Both the position numbers and the translations under genes were made by a program. This document shows, in pieces, positions 38,828 through 49,399 of a stretch of DNA of 49,399 bases (position 1 is its first letter; each line of letters starts with the position of its first letter). Origin of the DNA: Chiloscyllium plagiosum (taxonomy: Eukaryota); NCBI RefSeq assembly GCF_004010195.1, contig NC_057759.1, positions 4,347,758-4,397,156 on the forward strand, written 5' to 3'. The notes beneath the pieces are model-generated. The model was given only the letters and a program-made list of their open reading frames with translations, did no database searches and had not been told where the DNA came from.

Positions 38828-39093
38828 GTGATTAGATTAGATTCGATTCGATTCCCTACAGTATGGGACCCACCACCTTGGCCCTATCCCTATACCCCTG
38901 CCATTCCCATGGCCAGTCTACCGAGCCTGCACATATTTGGATTGTGGGTGGCAACTGGAGCACCCAGAGGAAACCCACACAAACACAGAGAGAATGTGCA
39001 ATCTCGATACAGACAGTTGCCTGATGGTGGGATGGAACCCGGGTCCCTGGTGCTGTGAGGCAGAGTGCTAGCCACTGAGCCACCGTGCCGCCA
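38828..39093 (-). mobile_element. HE1-like SINE
   Basis: Minus strand ggcggcacggtggctcagtggctagcact (A box), ggttccatccc (B box) and (tctaa)n tail. Confidence 0.85.
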
Positions 39094-39154
39094 CTGTGTA
39101 TTGAGTATTGGGAGAAATAAAAAAAATCAGTTGCGTCTGACTCTTGGATTGAAT

Positions 39155-39605
39155 GCATACTTCTGGAAATTGAGCTTAATATGTATTTGACTCAATCCAC
39201 TCTGACTGTGGAAAGGATGTTCTCCAATCTGACAACATATTGGAGAACATACAGACATACAGAAAATACCTGCTGGTTGTTAGAAGCAGATGGTCACACT
39301 TGTCTTTGTACTAAGGCAATATTACATTATCTTGGTCCATCAAATATTTGCCTGGAGGAAGATAAGAGAAATATCTCCTGTAAATCATCATCAACTGTGT
39401 AGAAAGACATCGACTGATCAATGCAATATTCAGGTTATGATCACGATAATTCTTTGTTTTTAAACAGGGCAAAGTGAACAGAGCAAGACTTGGTTCCAGT
39501 CTAACCCTGAGCTCCTCCTAGTCTTTTTCTGTTTGCGAAATTCTAAAACTATTTACTAAGATACAAAAACTAACCAACATCTGCATAGTTCGAATGATTA
39601 CACAG
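39155..39605 (-). repeat. Copy C of the locally repeated module (putative 82-nt exon 39270-39351)
   Basis: Inverted paralogue of 18620-19030; acceptor ttcctccag and donor CAG|gtattt. Confidence 0.65.
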
Positions 39606-39764
39606 TTCAATATTCAGGTCCCAATACACTAACTGTTGAAGGAAGAACAACGGGCACTATTATCATATTTAGATATACTGTCCTTTATTTCCCAACAATT
39701 CAATGTCTATTCGCAAAAAAAAAGCGCAAAACAGCAACCAAACAGAATTCCCATCAACGTTTAG

Positions 39765-40175
39765 GGGATTAAAAACCACAAGAATGTCCCACAGCAGCTT
39801 CTTCCCGCTCTGCCTCCCTCAGCAGGCCCACACACAGCCCGAGAAAGGCCTCTCTCTTCCCCCCAGCCCGCTCACTCCAAGTTCCGGGACCAGTTCCTGC
39901 TCCGCTCGGCCTCTTACAAACAGCCCCCGGTTCTCCCTGAACTCACCCCGAATCAATCCCGGTCTCGGAGCCCCCTCTGTGTCCCAGGCTCCCATCCCGA
40001 TGTGCTGCTGGAAGGAGCCTGCTGTTCCCTCGCTTCCCTGGGCGCTGATCTCTCCATTGCGGTCTGTTTCAAACAAACCTCTTGCACTCACTGAGTAAAT
40101 GCTACTCAATGGCAGCGCTGGGGGAGGGCCTTACGCATGCGTTCCTCTGCTCAGGAACGGTCAGCTTTGGGGAGG
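39765..40175 (-). promoter_or_regulatory. GC-rich promoter/first-exon block, copy 2
   Basis: Inverted, highly similar to 15285-15605; palindrome ACGCATGCGT (40133-40142); donor ca|GTGAGT (40091-40086). Confidence 0.55.
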
Positions 40176-41419
40176 GACTGCATCGCGCACGCGCTGCTTT
40201 TCCCAATGATTCCCAGAAACAAACATCAATTGGTAATTTTCCTAATTCCCTTTTCTCTCAGTTTGACCAAAGGAACTGGGGGGGGGGGAGGCAGAGAACT
40301 TTTCAAGCTGGGTCATTGTCCCTTTATGAAGCTCCAATGGAGCTCATTCCCGGGTCATGTTAATAACTCCTCCCTCCGGCTCTCTCACAATCCGCCATTT
40401 GATAACATCGCGTCTGATTATATGTTAACTGTGGTATTGCATCCTGCCGACCCTCATCCATAAATATTAACTCTTTCCCGAAAGTTACATAAGTGGAAAT
40501 AAGTAATAGAAATGAAATAAGTGGAACATTCTTACGAAAACAGAATGTAATTGTTTGAGAGAGTCTTGCATCACCGTATTAGTCCCTAATTCTGGTTCAG
40601 GAGGCCTGTGCAAAAGTCAGACCTGGACCAGAGGTGCTCAATAACATCTCTGGGCTAGATGTACTTTATAGTGGATGATAGATATTAATGTCAGGTATGC
40701 TGCAGACAGAAACCTTGTGACGTATTGCCACAATGAGAGACCCCAGGTTTTTTTATATTCTCTCTTGAGTCATGGACGTCACTGGCTGAACCTGACATTT
40801 ATTCTCTGTCCCTTTGACTCGGTGGTGGTGATTCACATTCTGGGACAGCTGTTGTCCACGGGCAGGGAGTTGGTCCAGGAACAGTGAAGGAAAAGGATAT
40901 ATTTCCAAGTTATTATGGTATGTGACTAAGAGAGAAACATGCCTCACATCAGCTGCATTTAACTTTTCAGATGGAAGTTGCCCTGAGTTTGGAAGGTATT
41001 TGTTTTACAATTTACAAAACTTTGGTATTACTTTTGCAAACTCAACAAAACTTAAGGGTTCTCTAAGATAGTATGTGATTCCAAGAACAGGCTTATAAGT
41101 TAGGAAGAAAATAAACAGACAAACCTAAAGCCTGGGAACAGGTTAGAAATCAGCAAATGGGAAGATAAAGGCATTGATTAAGAAAGAGACAATGAGGACA
41201 GTAGTAAGCTTGCAGGTGTTGTGAAACAGAAACTAACCGTTTAAGTACTGATAGATGTGTAAAGAGGAAACGGAAAAACATGTGTTGGTGAACACAAAGA
41301 TCGGTCACTTACAACCAAAAATGGGGAGCAAAAATGGCTATCCACCCAAATACATAACTGCTGATCTCTGTTCACAAAGGATAACACAAATGATGCACCG
41401 GGAATGTTGGGGAACACAG

Positions 41420-41641
41420 ACCGTGTCTGCGTGGGTTTCCTCCGGGTGCTCCGGTTTCCTCCCATGGTCCAAAGATGTGCAGGTTAGGTGAATTGGCCAT
41501 GCTAAACTGCTCTTAGTGTTAGGTGCATTAGTCATAGGGGAAATTGGTCTGGGTGGGTTACTCTTCAGAGGGTCGGTGTGGACTGGTTGGGACGAAGGGC
41601 CTGTTTCCACATTGTAGGGAATCTAAACTAATCTAATCTAA
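41420..41641 (+). mobile_element. HE1-like SINE, 5'-truncated
   Basis: gtgtctgcgtgggtttcctccggg...gggcctgtttccacattgtagggaatctaaactaatctaatcta. Confidence 0.9.
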
Positions 41642-41689
41642 AATAGAGTTCAGTGAGAGGGAAAAACTGAAACAAGTCAGTATTGTTTG

Positions 41690-44600
41690 GAAACTTGTCT
41701 TGAGACAAGGGATAGGATTGAAGCTGGGAAACAGCAGGGATTGGTAATCTGCATCCCAGAGTACTTAACATAGTGGTGTCAGAAATACTGAATGGTCATG
41801 ATCCAAGATTCCATAGTCATTGTAATATTTTCCATAGATTGGGGGTTAGCTAATGTAACCAATCTGTTTGAAAAACAAGGTAGTGATTATCTGGGAATTA
41901 TAGGCCACTCAGCCTACTGGGATAATAAAGTACATAAATGCAGAGTGTCGGGGAAAAAAAGATCAGGATCAAACAAAATCAGCACGGAATTGAAGGGCCT
42001 GTTCCTGTGTCATAACGTTCTATGTTCTCAGCTTGGCAAATCTGCTGGAGTAGACGTGATAAGGAGATGGGGTCAGTCAGAAGTTTTCTTTGACAAAATC
42101 CCATTTAAAACAAAATAAAGAACATGGTGTTGAGATGGATTTTAAAAGAGAGAGAATAAATGGATCATCTTTTCAATGGCAAGCAGTGACTAGGGGTCGT
42201 GGCAAGAATCATGATTAGAATCCAGCTCTCCACAATATATTCACAGTGATTTAGATAAGGAAACTAAATGTAATATCTCCAGATTGACAGATGACATAAA
42301 ACTGGGTTGGATGGTGAGCTGTGAAAGAGGATGCATTGTGATTGTGGTGAGGTGGAGTCAGTGGGCAAATGAAAGTCAAATGCAATATAATGTAGATAAA
42401 TGTAAGGTTGATGAAAAAAAGTGAAGCTGCAAAGGCACAGCATTGGAGGAGCAGCAAAGTCGATGTTTTATTTGAGAATACAAATAAGTCATATAGTAGA
42501 TATAGACAACTGGGGTCAAATGAATCACTTGAACAGTATGAAAATTGTAGGGACATTCTTGAGAGGGAGATTTGAAAGGCAAAGGGGATATGAGGTAGTT
42601 TTGGCAGATAAGGTTAAGCATAATTCAAAAGATTTCACAAGTTCATTCAAAGCAAATTAGTGGTGAGAGAGAGAGAGAGCAGAGCACCTTAAAGACCAAA
42701 GAGGTAGTTGTTGTTGTGGGAGTCTTTTCCCCGAAAGGAAATGCAAACTCACAAAGTAGGCAGAATCAGGGATGCGCAAGTTTGTTCATGCAAAACCCAA
42801 TTAAAGAAGGGAGAGGGCCAAAGCATCTTCCCCAAAGGCCAGCCTTGAAAGGGAGATCCATGATATGCTCTGAATTTATAATAAAAAGCACTGTTTTTAT
42901 ATACTTTCTGTTAACAATCACATACAACATTATCACTTTTGTTTCTCCCCCTTACTTTGTAAACCCAATCCTATAAGATACCTAATCAATGATAGGCATT
43001 CCTTTAGCAGGCCTTGGAATCCCATGTCCTTACGGCATTGAACAGACCCAATACTCACTAATCCTTGTCATCTTTCTATGCACCTCTTTATTAACATCCC
43101 AAATTTAATTGCTAGACTCCTTCGGCCTCTCAGGCTAGCATTATCCAAAGAGTCATTTTCAATTCTGCTATTCATTGCGTCTCGTGCTTTCTTTATCAAA
43201 TTTCATTATTCCTCTTATATTTCCCACTGTCCTAATTGCATGTGTTAAACATACCAAAGTCATTTAGTTTTAAGTAGTTGCTATAAGATTTGTAAGAATG
43301 CTTTCTGTTCCGGTTAGTTAAGTTTAGGTATAGCTATTTCTACCCTTAGTACATTGTCATTAATGGCTGTGAATAATGTATTTTGGACATGGGAATGAGG
43401 GTACTTCTGAAAATATACTTACTTTCGCACGTAGGCATAAATGTTTTAGTTACATGTATCTATATTTATGTTGTAAAATCTCTAACTAAAATTATTGCTT
43501 AATATTGCAAATTAATTAAGAAACAACTGTCTAATGTGAAATAGCTAATTGTTGGTCCTGTAGCTACTTAGGGAGTTTAGTATGCTATATCTTGCACCTG
43601 GTATTTATTCATTTGGTGGTATAGTCACCCTTTCATTAGTGAGCTGAGAAGCTTGCCTTGTTTGTCTTAGAGGCATGTTCTGATCTGGGATGGTTGCTGC
43701 TCAAGGTAACTGTCTTTGGAGTAGTTCTGTTCAAAGGTATCATTGTTTTCTTTACTTTAAGGCTGGGACAGACTGTTAGTGGCATCCATCTCCTTTCAGC
43801 CATCTTGCATTTTAATTCTAAGGCCGGTTGTCTTTTCATTTATCAGCCAATTTGTTATAAGCAGATCCAATTTAATCTCTGCAGTTCTGTTTGAACTTCA
43901 GAAGACGGGAGAGGCAGAAAATAAATTTTTGCATCAGTTTTTATTGGAAGCAAGCAAACTCAGGGAAATAAATATTGAGGTTTCAAAAACAGTTCACATT
44001 AGAGAAGAGTTGGATAAATCTCAGATCTGATCTGGTGTATCCCAGGACATTGTGGGAAACTAAGGAGGAAATTATGGTGCCCCTTGGAGAAATATTTGTA
44101 TAATCTGTAACTCTGGTGGATATATTGTTCGATGTGATCCTGAAAGGTAGGATTCAAATGTACAATTTGTGGTGAGAGAGGGCAATGAATGATTAGGAAT
44201 TGTCAGGATGATTTTGTAGAAGGAAATATTTCCCAAAGTTTATTGAGATTGTTGAGGGAGTATCCAAGATTGATGGCACAGTAGTAAATGTTACTGACTT
44301 GAACTTTAGCAAAGCCTTTGACAAGTTCCTGCATTGAAGACTAAATAGTAAGGTTAAATTACATGGAATTCAGATTGAAAACAAAATTGGCTTAACAGCA
44401 GGAGATGGAGAGGTGATGGACAGTTGCTTTTCAGAATGGATGCCTGTTACCAATGATGTTCCACTCCAATTTTTTAAAAATATGTAAATGTTATAGATGA
44501 GAATACAGTAGGCATGGTTAGTAAGTTTGCAGATGTCACCAAAATTGGTAGTATTATGGACAGTGAAGGCTATCTAAACTTAGAAAGAAATCTTGATCGA

Positions 44601-46460
44601 TTGAGTCAATGGCCTGAGGAATGGCAGATGGAGTTACTGAGGCATTGCATTTTTACAAAGCAAACAAGGGTAGGGGTAAAACAACTACAAGTAGGACCTT
44701 GGGTAGAGCTATAGAACAGAGAGATCATGGGTCAGCTGCATATTTTAAGTTTGCATCACATGTAGACTGTCTGGTGAAGAAAACATCTAGCGCACTTGCC
44801 TTCTTTGCTCAGACCTTTGAGTACAGGAGCTGGAAGGTCATAGTGAGGTTGTATAGGATGTTGGTGAGTCCTCTTCTGGATTACCATGTCAAGTTCTGGT
44901 CACCCTGTTATTGAAAGGATACTATGGAACTGGAAAGAGTTCAGAAAAGATTTATAGAATGCTGCTGGGAATGGAGGGTTTCCATTATAAGAATGGACTG
45001 GGACTTTTGTTCTCTGGAGCCTAAAATCTTGATGGGTGATAGAGTTTTGACAATCATGAGGGCTACAGATAAGGTAGATATCTTTTTCATATGCTAAGGG
45101 ATTGCAAAACTACAAGGAATACTTTTAAGATAAAAGGAAAAAAAAATTAAAAAGTAACTTTATTTTGACAACAGCATGGTTTGTGTGGAATTAGCTTCCA
45201 AAGGAGGTGATGCATGTGGGTATAGTCACAATATTGAAAAGACGTTTGGATAAGTACACAATTAGGAAAGTTTTGGAGAGTCATGGGCCAAGAACAGGCA
45301 GGTGGGACTAGTCTAATTTGACATCAGTGGGTATGCTGAAAATGTGTTGCTGGAAAACTGCAGCAGGTCAGGCAGCATCCAGGGAACAGGAGAATCGACG
45401 TTTCGGGCAAAAGCCCTTCTTCAGGAATGAGGAAAGTTTGTCCAGCAGGCCAAGATAAAAGGTAGAGAGGAGGGACTTGGGGAGGGGCGTCAGAAATGCG
45501 ATAGGTGGAAAGAGGTCAAGGTGAGGGTGATAGGTCAGACTGGGGTGGGGGCGGAGAGGTCAGGAAGAAGATTGCAGGTTAGGAAGGCNNNNNNNNNNNN
45601 NNNNNNNNNNNNNNNNNNNNNNNNNNNNNNNNNNNNNNNNNNNNNNNNNNNNNNNNNNNNNNNNNNNNNNNNNNNNNNNNNNNNNNNNNNNNNNNNNNNN
45701 NNNNNNNNNNNNNNNNNNNNNNNNNNNNNNNNNNNNNNNNNNNNNNNNNNNNNNNNNNNNNNNNNNNNNNNNNNNNNNNNNNNNNNNNNNNNNNNNNNNN
45801 NNNNNNNNNNNNNNNNNNNNNNNNNNNNNNNNNNNNNNNNNNNNNNNNNNNNNNNNNNNNNNNNNNNNNNNNNNNNNNNNNNNNNNNNNNNNNNNNNNNN
45901 NNNNNNNNNNNNNNNNNNNNNNNNNNNNNNNNNNNNNNNNNNNNNNNNNNNNNNNNNNNNNNNNNNNNNNNNNNNNNNNNNNNNNNNNNNNNNNNNNNNN
46001 NNNNNNNNNNNNNNNNNNNNNNNNNNNNNNNNNNNNNNNNNNNNNNNNNNNNNNNNNNNNNNNNNNNNNNNNNNNNNNNNNNNNNNNNNNNNNNNNNNNN
46101 NNNNNNNNNNNNNNNNNNNNNNNNNNNNNNNNNNNNNNGGCGGAGTCGAAGGAGTTGGGAGAATGGGATGGCGTTTTTACAGGGGGCAGGGTGGGAGGAG
46201 GTGTAGTCCAGGTAGCTGTGGGAGTCGGTCGGTTTGTAGTAGATGTCCGTGTTGATTCGGTCGCCTGAGATAGAAATAGAAAGGTCGAGGAAGGGGAGGG
46301 AGGAATCGGAGACTGTCCAGATGAATTTGAGGTCGGGGTGGAAGGTGTTGGTGAAGTGGAGAGGGAGGAAAATGGAGGCCACAGTCATTTTCCATACCCA
46401 TTAGTGGGTATGGACTGGTTGGACAGAATGGTCCGTTTCTGTGCTGTTTAAATGACTCTT
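41690..46460 (+). mobile_element. Old CR1-type LINE fragments (41690-42715, 43890-45335, tail 46403-46460) interrupted by later insertions
   Basis: DWGLANVTNLFEK, VSKFADVTKIG, LYRMLVSPLLDYHVKFWSP. Confidence 0.75.
45336..46358 (-). mobile_element. Penelope-like element, 5'-truncated, spanning the gap at 45589-46138
   Basis: TNTFHPDLKFIWTVSDSSLPFLDLSISISGDRINTDIYYKPTDSHSYLDYTSSHP (PLE RT thumb); TSD agtgggtatg at 45326-45335 and 46403-46412. Confidence 0.9.
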
Positions 46461-47164
46461 GCAGTGAGACAAGTGTTTAGTTTCTTCTCAGTTCATTTTG
46501 AAAGTATCTAAACGACAGCACAAAGTCTCATTCAGAGCATTCTGCAATCAGACAACACCCTCGGTGTTCGGAAATTTAAGTGTTAAATGAATCTATCCGT
46601 GGAATTCAAAGATAGGGCACTTCAGAGATCAAAATCAGGGTCATATCCCACAGGAGCGTGTACCTCCCGAACTGGTCCCGTATTAAAGAGCAATTTGAAC
46701 AACTGGAAGCAACTGAAAATGACTGTGGCCTCCATTTTCCTCCCTCTCTACGGGCAGGGAAAGAATCCTATACACGAACGTATCAGAGTTAAAAGCACAG
46801 AGGATCAGCGACCACTCATTTATAAACTTACCTGCGACACTGGACTAATTCAGCTCTTACTAAATGCAGTTCAAGATAACGTGAAACTGCCTGCTAGCGA
46901 GGAGTACAGGGACTGAGTGATTCATTTATAGGCCGATAATTAAAGACACGAGGTGATAGACATTTACAGAGCAATAACAATAATGTACTGGGACGATTGT
47001 AGATGATAAACTTATCACGCTCCTTCTATCACAGTGACCGGTGACCGGCCATGAGGAAAAGGTTTCATATTAGATCTCACATAGTGACAGTACAGTACCA
47101 ATAAGGCAGAGACTGAAACCGATATCAGTTAAAAGAAAGTAATTCAATCCGACAGACGAGAGAA

Positions 47165-49399
<2,235 letters not shown>

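Overview
Eukaryotic, repeat-rich draft assembly (five N gaps) from a cartilaginous fish, most likely a shark; this is inferred from HE1/V-SINE-type SINEs, CR1 LINEs and the H2B N-terminus. The core is a small replication-dependent histone cluster: H2B (+), H2A (+) and H4 (-) at 11.3-15.1 kb, each with a TATA box and 3' stem-loop, plus a damaged H2A (-) at 47.2-47.6 kb. Main observations: (1) the 3' poly(A) end of an L1/Tx1-clade retrotransposon runs directly into the ATG of the second H2A; (2) the H4 ORF is open but lacks R3-G4-K5 and carries G14R; (3) a frameshifted Ig-domain, transmembrane receptor pseudogene lies at 3.3-5.5 kb; (4) a duplicated GC-rich promoter/first-exon block and a non-coding exon (three copies) form convergent units around ~24 kb of TE debris; (5) that debris includes a decayed class I-like endogenous retrovirus with env, PPT and a 3' LTR, and a Gypsy LTR+gag remnant. 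The rest is CR1, Penelope-like and SINE fragments plus minisatellites, two of which derive from a LINE RT-coding segment. TE family names come from pattern recognition, not database searches, and repeat boundaries are approximate.
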